Assembly: GCA_903844645.1 (NCBI GenBank)
Contig: CAIMUP010000013.1
Span: 1,428-65,427, forward strand
Reading direction: 5' to 3'
DNA from: an uncultured Bacteroidota bacterium
Lineage (GTDB): Bacteria; Bacteroidota; Bacteroidia; AKYH767-A; JABDAW01
DNA: 64,000 nucleotides
In this document: piece after piece, positions 9,767 to 20,565 of the stretch
Layout: the number at the start of each line of letters is the position of its first letter
How positions within the stretch are numbered: position 1 is the stretch's first letter
The notes under the pieces: model-generated
Database searches by the model: none
What the model was told of the DNA's origin: nothing
Seen by the model: the letters and a program-made list of their open reading frames with translations, nothing else
Translations under genes and position numbers: made by a program

Positions 9767-10356
9767 TAATTTCTATTTGATGCCAATTTATCTTTCGCGA
9801 ATTCCATAATCTGCGGGAAGAACTCCTTGAATTCCTCGGCATATAAATCGTAATCTTTTTTTAAATCATGAATCGAAAGTTCCATCTTCGATTGGAATTT
9901 GGCACGGCGAGCCATCCCCGCCAACACCCGTTCCATCCCCTCGAAGTTAGCATAATTATAGAGCCAATTATATTCTATCATATACGGCATCATCCGCCGA
10001 ATACCTGCCGGAAGAATGGCATCCCTCGCAAGGACTATCTCGTAACAAGATTCGGAATAATCGCTTAATGAAATGTCGGAATAATCCCCCCAGTTCGCAG
10101 CCAGGAAATGGTCGTAGAAGATGTCAATAATCACCGGGGAATATTTGTGATACATCGGTCTCAACCGAACTTTTCCACGCTCCACAATAGGGTGCGTATC
10201 GGTGAATTCATCAATGCCGCGATGCAGTTCGATGCCTTTAATAATACCTACCGAATAACCATCGTAATGCTTGCCCACGACCTGGTCGGCAATAAAATTC
10301 CCAATCATTACTTCAGGGTCATCCCCCGAAAGGTAAAGATGAGCGAGAAAATTCAA
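9766..10356 (-). CDS. acpH: acyl carrier protein phosphodiesterase
   Basis: Characteristic N-terminus 'MNFLAHLYLSGDDPEVMIGNFIAD' and about 196 aa. Confidence 0.85.
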   Translation of the reverse strand: MNFLAHLYLSGDDPEVMIGNFIADQVVGKHYDGYSVGIIKGIELHRGIDEFTDTHPIVERGKVRLRPMYHKYSPVIIDIFYDHFLAANWGDYSDISLSDYSESCYEIVLARDAILPAGIRRMMPYMIEYNWLYNYANFEGMERVLAGMARRAKFQSKMELSIHDLKKDYDLYAEEFKEFFPQIMEFAKDKLASNRN

Positions 10357-10362
10357 TTGGAA

Positions 10363-10923
10363 TTACTTCACCTTTCCGCAGTAGCCGGAAGTGCGGGTAT
10401 CTATCTTAATAATCTCCCCGATATTCACGAAAAGCGGCACCTGAATCTCGGCACCAGTCTCCAGAGTAGCGGCTTTGAGGGTATTGGTAGCGGTGTTTCC
10501 GCGTTCGCCAGGCTCGGTATAGGTAACTTCTAATTCCACAAAAGTCGGCACATCGCCAATGATCGGGGTCTCGCCCTCGAAGGCTACTTTCACAATCATT
10601 TCTTCTTTGAGGAAACGAACATTTTCCCCGAATAATTCCTCGGGAATATGTACCTGTTCGTAAGTTTCATTATCCATACAAACCAAGTGCTCACCTTCTT
10701 TGTAGATGAATTGCAGTTCCTTGTATTCCATCCTGACCAGCTCCACTTCCTCGCCAGATCGGAAGCGATATTCTGCCGATTTGCCGGTCTTTACATTCTT
10801 CATTTTAGCTTGATAGAAAGCACGAAGATTTCCCGGAGTCCGGTGTTGGTATTCGGTTATTACGCACAATTCGCCGTTGAATCTAATGACCGATCCGAGA
10901 TGAATATCTGATGTTGTTGCCAT
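10363..10923 (-). CDS. efp: elongation factor P
   Basis: 186 aa. Architecture follows EF-P: an N-terminal KOW-like region 'IRFNGELCVITEYQHRTPG' and two OB domains with a 'GETPIIGDVP...VTYTEPG' C-terminal half. Confidence 0.85.
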   Translation of the reverse strand: MATTSDIHLGSVIRFNGELCVITEYQHRTPGNLRAFYQAKMKNVKTGKSAEYRFRSGEEVELVRMEYKELQFIYKEGEHLVCMDNETYEQVHIPEELFGENVRFLKEEMIVKVAFEGETPIIGDVPTFVELEVTYTEPGERGNTATNTLKAATLETGAEIQVPLFVNIGEIIKIDTRTSGYCGKVK

Positions 10924-11009
10924 AGTCTTTATTAAATATAAATTATTATTAAGGGCGGCAAAAATAGGAAAAGGATTTGAGAATGGAATTCGGGCAGTGC
11001 AAATGGTTA

Positions 11010-12275
11010 TTAATTGTTGTTGGATTTTGTTTTAGAATAATGATGCTTCAAGAAAACAAACCAGGCAATGAGTGTACATACCGCCCCCAGCCACATCGTG
11101 AAACTAATCAGTTGAGCCACTACGAAACCCGCTAATATCGGGGGAATGGCTGATGATAGCGAGATGATGCTTTGGTTGATGCCGATGATCTCTCCCTGGA
11201 TTGTTTTATCTGTTGAATTAGAGACGATGGCAAGGGAATTAGGATAGACGAATCCTTGGAATATCGGCAGGAATGGGAACCAGATAAGCGTCATGATGAA
11301 GTCAGTAGGGATGAGCATCAACAGATAACTCAACGCAAAGACGGGCATGAAGATGAGCATGGCGCGTTCCGGCGTGAAATATTTGGTAATCGGGCGGATG
11401 AGGATGCCTTGCGTGATGCCCACCCAGAGGCTGAACCAGGCAATGACATAGCCTAATGTCTTGACATCGAAATCGAACTTTATCTTGGCATATTCCTGAT
11501 AATAAATAATGAAAAAAGCGAAGCCGAGATTCATCAAGAAGATGACAGCGAAGATGTTCTTGAGGTCAGCATTGCGAAAGGCTGTCCTTACATTCCGGAA
11601 GCCTGTAAGAGGAGAAATAATGCTGTCGGGATTGCTGTGAATCATGTCAGGGAATTTAATCAGAAGGAAAATAACATTGGCTAAGGAAAGCAAAGCGATG
11701 AAGAAAAAGGGAGTTGCGAAATTGAACCAACTGACAATGGAAGGGTCAGATAAAAGCCCGCTGCATATAGCTCCTACGATGAATCCCATGCCGAAGCCAA
11801 CGCCGACTAATCCGAAGTTCTTTGCCTTGTTTTCATCCGTACTGTAATCTGCTATGGCAGATTGAACCACCGGCAAACTTGTTCCGCCTAAGCCCGCCAA
11901 AGTCCTTGCGGTGAGCAGTATATAATATTCTTTAAGATAGATTCCAAGCGCGAAAAGCAAGTAGCAAAAGATATTCACAGTGAAGGCAAAAGCGATGACT
12001 TTCTTTCTCCCTATCCTATCCGATATGGCTCCGAGAATAGGTGCTCCGATGAATTGTCCCAGCGACCAGAAGCCCGCCATCAGCCCGAACTTCAAGGTCT
12101 TTTCTGATAATGGAACGGAGGAAGCGAAGATGCTTTGCTTGGCATCGAAATAGATGGAAGCAAAGATCGGGAACGCTACTCCCATCGCGAAATAGTCAAT
12201 GAAGACGGTGAGGAAAATGATGAACAGCGAGAGGTTTGTGTTTTTGTTATTTGGAGAGGATGTTAGCATTGGCAT
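11010..12275 (-). CDS. MFS transporter
   Basis: 421 aa, 12 predicted TM helices, an MFS signature-like 'GAISDRIGRKK' loop between TM2 and TM3. Confidence 0.75.
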   Translation of the reverse strand: MPMLTSSPNNKNTNLSLFIIFLTVFIDYFAMGVAFPIFASIYFDAKQSIFASSVPLSEKTLKFGLMAGFWSLGQFIGAPILGAISDRIGRKKVIAFAFTVNIFCYLLFALGIYLKEYYILLTARTLAGLGGTSLPVVQSAIADYSTDENKAKNFGLVGVGFGMGFIVGAICSGLLSDPSIVSWFNFATPFFFIALLSLANVIFLLIKFPDMIHSNPDSIISPLTGFRNVRTAFRNADLKNIFAVIFLMNLGFAFFIIYYQEYAKIKFDFDVKTLGYVIAWFSLWVGITQGILIRPITKYFTPERAMLIFMPVFALSYLLMLIPTDFIMTLIWFPFLPIFQGFVYPNSLAIVSNSTDKTIQGEIIGINQSIISLSSAIPPILAGFVVAQLISFTMWLGAVCTLIAWFVFLKHHYSKTKSNNN

Positions 12276-13794
12276 AATGTTTTTTGTTATGGATTAAATA
12301 ATTCAATTGGTACAAAGAGAATTTAGAATTACTCCAAAGCAAAAGAGGCTTATCGGGATAAATCATTAGGAATTTTTTTGTAGAATCATCGGGGAGGTCG
12401 GTGCAGGTCAAGAGGTATTGAACATTGTACTTCAAATTATTATATGCAATGCTTTCTAATGATTGATTGGCACATAAAATTGTTCGGCGATCAGTATAGA
12501 GATTCAATGCCCTTGGCTTGTTGAATGCAATTTTTGCATCCATCGGAGTATTCCTTTTTATATATTCAAATGCTTCGACAGCTTCTGCTTCCTGCGGTCC
12601 TGGCAAGGTTTCGTTTTGATGTCGGATGATGTTGATGGCACTGAATGAATAAGGAATCAGGATGAATAAGCCGAGAGAAAGGATGATGATATTCTTCTTG
12701 AGTGGGGAATTAATCTTCACCATCATTAAACCAATTACAGTATAATAAATAAGGATGGGAAAGACAGGAAATAAGAATCGCATTCCTGAATTCATATCGG
12801 GATAAAGCAGGAGCGCAAAGAGATAGATGATGACGAAGAAGTCAATGAAATCAACCTTCCTGAAACATTTCTTCAGGAAGCCGATGGTGGTAAATAGCAC
12901 CACCAGCCATTGTGTAAGGATGGCGAGTAAAGGGAATACACCTCCGCCAGACATGAAGAAATATCTGAACGAATGGAGGTAATAACTTGCCTTCATTCGC
13001 AAGATAGGAAAGGATATTGAAGCGAAGTATTCACTGCCGATACCTATTTTAAACAATGCCTTAAAGTCTATCAATACAAACACTATCGTGATGGTGATGA
13101 CTAATGCTCGCTTCATTATTTCAAGTTTTATAGCATTGTTTCTTCTGTTTTTCCATAAGGATATGATGTCTTCAAGAATCAAAGCGGCAAGCAGCACAAT
13201 GCCGATGGTTCGGATGGAAATAAGGATGCCGAGAAGCAATCCGGTAAGGAGATATTTCAATGTCTTGTTTCCTTTTGTCTTTGAATAAACAAGGATCACA
13301 AGGATCAGGAATAAGGTGAATGGAATATCAGACATGATCTCCTCTTTGAAGTTCAAAGTGAAGGGATTATAGGCGAAGATCAGGACTAACAAGATGGAGA
13401 CAAGATCGCTGAAATGCTTGCGGTAGAAGGAAAAGAGTGCTATGCAGAGCAGGAATAGGATAAATGTAACAGTGATGACAAATCCTTTTATACTATTCCC
13501 AACATACAGACAAGTCATTGCCAGGATGAGTGGGAAACCCACAGGACGAGCGGAGATATGCACTCCCGGACTTCTTATATCATCAATGAATCCCGTCGCT
13601 GATTGCGGAATTCCTTTGGTGATGTTTATCGCTTGATGAATGTATTGCGCGAAGTCGTCGCCCCAGTCGTGGCTGTTGCGGATATTGATGAAGAACAAGG
13701 GAATACAGAGGGCATACACAAGTGCAGATGCCATGAACTTCCTCTTAAACAACTTATCCATGATAATCTTGCTCGGCATTGACATTCCAGACAT
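12247..13794 (-). CDS. polytopic membrane glycosyltransferase, GT39/ArnT-like (dolichyl-phosphate-mannose-protein mannosyltransferase fold)
   Basis: 515 aa, many TM helices followed by a soluble C-terminal domain; general resemblance to the GT-C family only. The annotated start overlaps the MFS gene by 29 bp; an internal Met is a more likely start. Confidence 0.5.
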   Translation of the reverse strand: MSGMSMPSKIIMDKLFKRKFMASALVYALCIPLFFINIRNSHDWGDDFAQYIHQAINITKGIPQSATGFIDDIRSPGVHISARPVGFPLILAMTCLYVGNSIKGFVITVTFILFLLCIALFSFYRKHFSDLVSILLVLIFAYNPFTLNFKEEIMSDIPFTLFLILVILVYSKTKGNKTLKYLLTGLLLGILISIRTIGIVLLAALILEDIISLWKNRRNNAIKLEIMKRALVITITIVFVLIDFKALFKIGIGSEYFASISFPILRMKASYYLHSFRYFFMSGGGVFPLLAILTQWLVVLFTTIGFLKKCFRKVDFIDFFVIIYLFALLLYPDMNSGMRFLFPVFPILIYYTVIGLMMVKINSPLKKNIIILSLGLFILIPYSFSAINIIRHQNETLPGPQEAEAVEAFEYIKRNTPMDAKIAFNKPRALNLYTDRRTILCANQSLESIAYNNLKYNVQYLLTCTDLPDDSTKKFLMIYPDKPLLLWSNSKFSLYQLNYLIHNKKHYANANILSK

Positions 13795-15334
13795 TTTCTT
13801 TCGTCGTGATGTCCGCGATAATATTGTCCACGGCGGTCATGGCGCAGAGCATGGAATGGTCTTGGTTGTTGTATTTGTGCATTCCATTGCGACCGATGAG
13901 GAAAAGATTTTGAAAGGCATCGGTGAAAGTTTTAATCTCCTCAAAACGATCGTAAGTACCAAAGTATGCGGGGTAACTTTTCTTCTCTTTGATGATGATT
14001 GCATCGAGAACATCGGAAGCATCAATGAAACCAAGCTGTTGCAATTCGGCGGTAGCAAAAGCTCTCATATCTTCATCCGATTTATTCCACAACGCATCGC
14101 CTTCATCGCAGAAATAATCCAAGCCCAGCCATACTTTCGAGGTGTCATGCAGCATATAGGGACTGAAATTATTATACACCACTATCCGCCCCAGCATTAC
14201 GTTTGGTTCCTGGACATAGATCCAATTATCAGCGATTAAACTCTTGCCATCGCTGTTCTTATAATTCAACTTATTCAACAATAATCCGACGGATATAAAA
14301 TCGCGATAGATAAGACCGCCGGCTACCTCGCTGACATTAGCAGGTACATCCTGCATTGCCGCAATAAGTTGCTTGACGGGCATAGTGGAGAAGAAGTAAT
14401 CGCCATCATAAATTATTTCTTCGGCATTATCAGAAGTGCCGTCGTCAGTAGCTTTGATGGATGTTATGTTATTCCCCGAAGCAATTATCGAAGTAACATT
14501 TTTATTAAAATGTATCGCTCCGCCTTTCGCCAAAATGATACTGGCTACTTCGTCCCACATCTGCCCGGTGCCGAGTTTCGGATAGAGGAAATGCTCGGTG
14601 ATATGTTCATCGGATGTTGAATTATTAATCCCAATAATTTTCTTTAAAGCATGAATAAAAACTTTGGTAACCGATAAGCCCTTGATGCGTTGCGCGCCCC
14701 ATTCCGGCTTGATTTGGTCGCAGGGCACGCCCCAAACCTTCTCGGTATAGTCTTTAAAGAATGTTACATATAGCTCTTTGCCAAAGCGATTAATCAAGAA
14801 ATCTTGTAGCGAGGACTCTTTGCTGATCGGGAATAATTTCACGAGTAGATAACTCCAGAGAATCTTTGAAATCCGCACCAGTCCCAGGTTTCTGATCATT
14901 TCCATACCGAGCGAGACGGGATAAGAGAAGAAACTATGTAGATAAAATATCCGCGTAAAGCGATCTTTAATCAACAGCACTTTATCTTCCGTCAGCGGAT
15001 CGGGACCGGTGGCGGAGAGCGGTATCTTGCGCTTATTATTTTGATAAGAAATCTCAATATCATTTTGGTTAATGCCCTCAATTCCCTGCAACGGCAGGAT
15101 ATTCAGCCACCAGTTCATCACCCGGTCAGATTTTGAGAAGAAGCGATGCGGACCGATGTCTATGCGGTTGCCTTTATAATTAATGGTCTTCGCAAGTCCG
15201 CCCACAACGCTACTTTTTTCTAATATTATCGGCATGATGTCGGTACGCATGAGGAGTTCGTAGGCGGCGGTCAGTCCGGCAGGACCGGCACCGATGATGA
15301 TAGCAGTTTTTTTCTTTCCCTTAATGTCTTCCAT
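13754..15334 (-). CDS. FAD-dependent oxidoreductase (amine-oxidase / protoporphyrinogen-oxidase-like Rossmann fold)
   Basis: N-terminal dinucleotide-binding motif '[20 protein letters not shown]'; 526 aa. Confidence 0.75.
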   Translation of the reverse strand: MEDIKGKKKTAIIIGAGPAGLTAAYELLMRTDIMPIILEKSSVVGGLAKTINYKGNRIDIGPHRFFSKSDRVMNWWLNILPLQGIEGINQNDIEISYQNNKRKIPLSATGPDPLTEDKVLLIKDRFTRIFYLHSFFSYPVSLGMEMIRNLGLVRISKILWSYLLVKLFPISKESSLQDFLINRFGKELYVTFFKDYTEKVWGVPCDQIKPEWGAQRIKGLSVTKVFIHALKKIIGINNSTSDEHITEHFLYPKLGTGQMWDEVASIILAKGGAIHFNKNVTSIIASGNNITSIKATDDGTSDNAEEIIYDGDYFFSTMPVKQLIAAMQDVPANVSEVAGGLIYRDFISVGLLLNKLNYKNSDGKSLIADNWIYVQEPNVMLGRIVVYNNFSPYMLHDTSKVWLGLDYFCDEGDALWNKSDEDMRAFATAELQQLGFIDASDVLDAIIIKEKKSYPAYFGTYDRFEEIKTFTDAFQNLFLIGRNGMHKYNNQDHSMLCAMTAVDNIIADITTKENVWNVNAEQDYHG

Positions 15335-15546
15335 GATGGTGGCAAAGAAAGGAAATTCGTGGGGCAGGGATGGAAAACTTTTTTTTCAGAGAATTGTATT
15401 TCTCCACTATTTTTAGTATCATTGCAACCTCGAACAAAAAATGAAGCCTCAAAACACATATAATAATCTCGCAAATCTCTCCAATAATTTTGGAGGTGGG
15501 GCTTGCATATTAAATAGAGTTTGTGTAAACTCGAAGCCGCCTCAAT

Positions 15547-15577
<31 letters not shown>

Positions 15578-15721
15578 CAAATTTTTTGAAATAACCAAAT
15601 CGGAGAACACTTTTTCTGGTTCGGTTCAAAAAATTTCGTTTTCCTTTTCTAATCTTTCATTAAAGTTTCCAAAAATTTCCGCGATTTTTCAGGAATCTTG
15701 GTCAAGTCGCCAGAGTTTTGA

Positions 15722-15950
15722 CCAAAGTTTCATACGCCCCAGCCAAAGTGTGCCGAACTTCAGCCAAAGTTTTGGAAACTTTGACCAAAGTCCAGCGACT
15801 TTGACCAAAGTAGATGAAGATTCGGTTGAGGTTTCTGAAACTTTGACCAAAGTGGGCTTCACCGTGGTCAAAGTTTCTGCTTTCTCGCCCAAAGTTTCCG
15901 GAAATTCCTCCAAAGTTTCCCAAAAATCCCCCAAAGTTTCTGAAACTTCG
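15722..15950. repeat. degenerate 21-bp phased repeat, about 11 units, each anchored on CCAAAGT(T)
   Basis: 'CCAAAG' recurs at 15722, 15743, 15764, 15785, 15806, 15847, 15868, 15889, 15910 and 15931, all on a 21-bp lattice with one unit skipped. The region is open in frames on both strands. Confidence 0.85.
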
Positions 15951-16076
15951 GGACCTGTAGGAAGAATATTGGCTGTAAATCAGTCCATTTCTTTCCTGAC
16001 TTCGATTTTCGAGGTCCTTTTACAAAATCCCGCTAACGGAATCCAAATAGAAATTTAATAACTTAATAAATAAACT

Positions 16077-16778
16077 ATGATCATAAATTACAGAGGTCCT
16101 TACAAAGCGGCTACGCTTGACGGGCAAATTGACCAAATCCGAATCATCGGAGTAAAAATGGGAACGTACAAATTAACGTTGGACCTTCTCCAACCGAACA
16201 TTGACCGGGTGAACAACACCTACCTGATGCTTAAATATGTCGATGGCTGCGAAAACAGCGTGGACGGCTACAAAAAAAATCTGAACGATTACAAGCATGA
16301 ATTGTTGAGCGGCGACAAGGCGCATCAGATGAATGCGTTCCCCGTGATGGAGGCGTTTGCCACCGCCCCTGCCGCTACCAAAGGCGGTATTTGGCATTTT
16401 ATCGAAAGCCAACGGAGCATCATGATGGAGCATGATAATTGGACGGACGGCATCGGCGAAGACATGCACCTTTTAGGTCCGATGCGCCAGTTGGATTCTA
16501 ACCTTTATGTGCCCGAAGTGAGGCTGAAAGTGCGAGCCGGAGTTATCGAAGCGATTACCGATTCGGCGATTATCACGAATCATAAACTCTATGTCGGACC
16601 GCAAGGCATTGACCCGATTCCGTTTATCACCGATTTTAAAGGTGCTAAATACGAATATCACCGCACCATCGCGCCCCCGACGACTTCCGAAAAGCTGAAT
16701 GTAATGATTCGCGGCATGTTCGATAATGAAATTATAGGGCACGATTCGGCAATCGTACAGATAGCTTATAAAGGATAA
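16077..16778 (+). CDS. hypothetical protein
   Basis: 233-aa ORF, no recognisable motif. Confidence 0.4.
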   Translation: MIINYRGPYKAATLDGQIDQIRIIGVKMGTYKLTLDLLQPNIDRVNNTYLMLKYVDGCENSVDGYKKNLNDYKHELLSGDKAHQMNAFPVMEAFATAPAATKGGIWHFIESQRSIMMEHDNWTDGIGEDMHLLGPMRQLDSNLYVPEVRLKVRAGVIEAITDSAIITNHKLYVGPQGIDPIPFITDFKGAKYEYHRTIAPPTTSEKLNVMIRGMFDNEIIGHDSAIVQIAYKG

Positions 16779-17013
16779 TCTGATGAGTGAAATCCTCCCC
16801 ATTCCGCAAGCTGAAATACCTCCTATTAATATAGGAGGTGTTTCGGTTTTGATTCGTGAAATGAGGAAAGAAATTATGGAGGATGAAAATTATACGGAGG
16901 AAGTGGGAATGAATTTTAAATTAATAGGGAAAGAAATAGAGGAGGAAAAATGATGACATAAAAAAAGAGAAACTAAAAACACAAACCATGAATAATGGTA
17001 ATATTATAAGCCT

Positions 17014-17062
17014 AAAAAGGAAACCTCTCACGGAAGTGAGAGCGTTTCCTTTTCTTGTTTTT
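17014..17062. terminator. strong bidirectional rho-independent terminator hairpin
   Basis: AAAAAGGAAACCTCTCAC-ggaa-GTGAGAGCGTTTCCTTTTCTTGTTTTT: a 13-14-bp stem, GGAA loop, T-rich tail and A-run upstream. Confidence 0.65.
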
Positions 17063-17125
17063 ATTCAAGATAAAAGGGATATGCTAATGCCCTAACCAAG
17101 TAGGCGAAACTAAAAAATTAATCTT

Positions 17126-19681
17126 ATGTACAATTTAAACACACAAACAAAAAGTAACCAGACCCAAAAAGGTCAAACCAAAGAAAAAAAGTTTTGCCAT
17201 GCGAAACTTAATCACTATTTTGCAGTCGTTATGATGATTGCAATGAGTACACTTTTAACACCGGGGGCTAAGGCTCAAGGAACAACAGTATCTTTATCAA
17301 CCACCGTTTCGCATTTCGTGGGTGGAGCAAACATTTCGTGTAACAGTAACAGCGATGGTAGTGTTACCTTATCGGTTTCTGGAGGGACTACTCCTTACAC
17401 CTATTTATGGTCGGACGATGAAACCACCAAAGATGTAAGCGGACTGTTAGCAGGTACCTACACCGTTACGGTAACTGATGCCAGTGTAAGCGGAGTAACC
17501 GCCACGGCATCCATTACTTTAACCGAACCAGATTTGATAATTGCCAACATTGATTCCGCTTCTTTAATTAAAGTAGCGTGTAATGGCGGAAACAACGGAC
17601 AAGCGGGGGTTACGGCATTTGGCGGAACGGGAGGATATACCTATATGTGGGGATGGGGTACAGACACCGTTCAAACAACCCCTATCGCCACAGGATTATG
17701 GGCAGGGAAATGGAGCGTAACAGTAACCGATACTAACGGTTGCCAGGCATATAATACGGCAACTGTAAATGAACCACCACCAGATACCCTATTATTATTT
17801 TCTCTATCTTCCTTAACGTATTACGATTTAGATTCTGCACAAAAAGCAAGATACGATACCATTATGTCTTATCAGGATATTAATACACCGATTTATTTTA
17901 TTAATATTGCACAACTCGGAACTAATTGTAATAATGCGGGTACTTATAAAATAGTAATGCCATTTTTTTATTATGACAGCATCACTGTAACTACAAACGC
18001 AATACATTATATCTCTAATGATGATTATGAGTTTGGAGGTAATATTGTTATGTCTTCACCGTATATTAATGATACAACGATCATTGATTCGTTTGCAACT
18101 TCGCATTTTGACATTGGAACTATAAACTTAATTGCAGATAGTGGTGCTAGATATGGGAATTTAATTTACAATAACGATTATTATAATATTACGGACTTAT
18201 CAGGAGGAATACAGATTATTTATAAGAAAATTTTATCTGCTGGAAGATGTGGTGATAATACAAACTCTGATGATAATAGGACCAATCAATGGACTCCAAA
18301 CTCCGATCCTTGTGTTTATAAGAGATTAAAAATTCTTTTTTGTTTTACACAAGCAGGGTGGACAGAAGCTTGGCATAATTATGGCGGTTCTATGCATTCT
18401 GTTGCACAACAATGCTTAACTAGTTTGGCGAATGTTTGGGGTTATAGTCAAAACCTTCCTGACTTTAGCGAAGCATGGGCATCAGCGGGAGAAATTATGA
18501 ATACCAATTTGATTGAAACTAATGATGCATGGGAGGATATTAAAACATTTTCTGATCAGGATATATCCTATTATCATTATAGACAACAGTACAATGCTGA
18601 TTTAGTAATATTTATTACTAATGCAAATTATACTGATGGTACCACAGGGCAATCAAGGAAACTTGGACCATGGCGAGACAGTGCTTTTGCTATTGTTGAA
18701 GCAAATTATCTTTTTGGTAATTATTCTTTTGCTCATGAAATTGGTCATTTATTTGGAGCGAGGCATGAAACATGCAATGATGATCCTGGTTATCCTCTTT
18801 CATGTGATCCAAATACAGATAATTCTATAGCACATGGGGTTGAACATGACTTTGTTTGGTATAATTGGCTTCATTCTGTAGATTATCATTGTTATTATCA
18901 TGACATTATGGCATATAAACAAAGCTATGCAGGAAATCATGTAATTACCACTGTACCTTGTTATTCCAATACTAATGAAAATTTTGATGGTCCCGATGGC
19001 AGTCCGCATAGTTTAGGAGATTATACAACGCATGATGCCGCCGCGGAAATTAGTAACAATTATGCTGAAGTGATAAGTTTTTATACAGATGGCAACATTC
19101 CATTTAGCATCAATGTGTCAACATGGGCTCCGGGGCTTTGCGGTGATCCACATAATTTACGTGCTCACCTTAACGTAGTAAATTGTAATGGACCTGATGC
19201 TTATTATATAGATTGGTATGCAAATACATCGGGGGTAAATCTTAATAATTCTCATTATGCATCAAATGTTGACCATATTGAAATGGCACATGGTCATCAT
19301 TGGGTTGGTTATGTAAAAATTACAGATGCAACTAATTCGAATTTAACATGGACTGCTGGTTTCAATGTAGCTTCACCTGCACCTTGTCATCAAAGATTTA
19401 ATGACCCATCAAATTCTAATAAAAAAAGCACTAATTCAGTAGCTATATTTCCAAACCCTAATAATGGTTCTTTCACACTTAATATAAACAGTATTATTGA
19501 TGATAAGGCAGCTTATGAAATAATAAATGTAATGGGTCAGCAAGTATTTCAAGAGAATATTATTTTGAATAAAGGAGAGAATATTTTTGAAATTACTAAA
19601 AACAATTTTGTAGCAGGGTATTATATAATAAGGGTAAAGGGTTCTTCAATGACAAACAACTTACCGTTAATTATAGAATAA
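17126..19681 (+). CDS. secreted metzincin-type zinc metalloprotease with N-terminal SprB-type repeats and a T9SS C-terminal sorting domain
   Basis: Signal peptide; repeats 'GGTTPYTYLW...GLLAGTYTVTVTD' and 'GGTGGYTYMWGWG...TVTDTNGC' of the SprB-repeat type; zinc-binding 'HEIGHLFGARHE' (HExxHxxGxxH); C-terminal 'SVAIFPNPNNGSFTLNI...GYYIIRVKG' Por secretion tail. Confidence 0.75.
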   Translation: MYNLNTQTKSNQTQKGQTKEKKFCHAKLNHYFAVVMMIAMSTLLTPGAKAQGTTVSLSTTVSHFVGGANISCNSNSDGSVTLSVSGGTTPYTYLWSDDETTKDVSGLLAGTYTVTVTDASVSGVTATASITLTEPDLIIANIDSASLIKVACNGGNNGQAGVTAFGGTGGYTYMWGWGTDTVQTTPIATGLWAGKWSVTVTDTNGCQAYNTATVNEPPPDTLLLFSLSSLTYYDLDSAQKARYDTIMSYQDINTPIYFINIAQLGTNCNNAGTYKIVMPFFYYDSITVTTNAIHYISNDDYEFGGNIVMSSPYINDTTIIDSFATSHFDIGTINLIADSGARYGNLIYNNDYYNITDLSGGIQIIYKKILSAGRCGDNTNSDDNRTNQWTPNSDPCVYKRLKILFCFTQAGWTEAWHNYGGSMHSVAQQCLTSLANVWGYSQNLPDFSEAWASAGEIMNTNLIETNDAWEDIKTFSDQDISYYHYRQQYNADLVIFITNANYTDGTTGQSRKLGPWRDSAFAIVEANYLFGNYSFAHEIGHLFGARHETCNDDPGYPLSCDPNTDNSIAHGVEHDFVWYNWLHSVDYHCYYHDIMAYKQSYAGNHVITTVPCYSNTNENFDGPDGSPHSLGDYTTHDAAAEISNNYAEVISFYTDGNIPFSINVSTWAPGLCGDPHNLRAHLNVVNCNGPDAYYIDWYANTSGVNLNNSHYASNVDHIEMAHGHHWVGYVKITDATNSNLTWTAGFNVASPAPCHQRFNDPSNSNKKSTNSVAIFPNPNNGSFTLNINSIIDDKAAYEIINVMGQQVFQENIILNKGENIFEITKNNFVAGYYIIRVKGSSMTNNLPLIIE

Positions 19682-19684
19682 GTT

Positions 19685-20410
19685 ATGAAATATTATATCT
19701 GTATTTTATTGTTGTTTTTTCTATTAAGCAACAAAGTTTTTAGTCAGAGTTTTTATATAATTGGAGGCATGGGATTAAGTGGAGGTTTAGGATATGGATT
19801 AGATGACCATATTATTTTTAAATATAGTAACGGTGTAACCAAAAAAGTTGATGATTATCTTTCACAAAATCCTATATATGGATTTGGTATTTTCGGTTAT
19901 TGTTTATCCAATAAATTTAACATTGAGGTTGGTATTAATAGTTACGGAAAAAATAATAGCTATAGCCATGATGGTCTTCCTTTTTCATATGATAGTGGTT
20001 CATCTAAAAAGGTTCTTCGGATTATGCCTGCTGTTAAATTCAAGTTCACAAAAACTTCCCATTCTTTTTATTTGAAAGGAGGTGCATCACTTGGCTTTGG
20101 CGGTAATGAGTATCGTGCCTTTAAAATTTATAATGATCTACCTCCTTGGGATTCGGGAGGTTATAAAGTTCGATATTCAGGAGGAATTGCGCCTGGATAC
20201 ATGTATGCTATTGGCAAAGATTTTAGTTTTCATCAAGACAAGTATTTTCATTTTTTCAGTTTCTATGTTGAGTTAGTTTTTATAACTAATTCCTGGACTC
20301 CTGCAAAAGAAACGATACTTGAATCATTTGGAAAGATCAACATTCCTTCACTACAATTCTTTTACTCAACAAAAGCAATTCAGATGGGCTTGAAATACAG
20401 TTTTGATTAA
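19685..20410 (+). CDS. putative outer-membrane beta-barrel protein
   Basis: Signal peptide 'ILLLFFLLSNKVFSQ'; Gly/Tyr/Ser-rich alternating pattern; 241 aa. Confidence 0.4.
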   Translation: MKYYICILLLFFLLSNKVFSQSFYIIGGMGLSGGLGYGLDDHIIFKYSNGVTKKVDDYLSQNPIYGFGIFGYCLSNKFNIEVGINSYGKNNSYSHDGLPFSYDSGSSKKVLRIMPAVKFKFTKTSHSFYLKGGASLGFGGNEYRAFKIYNDLPPWDSGGYKVRYSGGIAPGYMYAIGKDFSFHQDKYFHFFSFYVELVFITNSWTPAKETILESFGKINIPSLQFFYSTKAIQMGLKYSFD

Positions 20411-20432
20411 GCAGAAAAGAGGTAAAAACCAT

Positions 20433-20466
20433 AAAAAGCGGTACACAGTGTACCGCTTTTTTGTTT
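20433..20466. terminator. bidirectional rho-independent terminator
   Basis: AAAAAGCGGTACACaGTGTACCGCTTTTTTGTTT: a perfect 9-bp GC-rich stem with an A-run before and a T-run after; it sits between convergent genes. Confidence 0.75.
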
Positions 20467-20565
20467 ATATTGTAACCCTTTTTTCCTGCTATTGCTACAA
20501 TATTTTATTGAAGGAGGTATTTTAATTTTATTTTTTTGTCCAAAGAATATTTGTAAAATTCCCAA

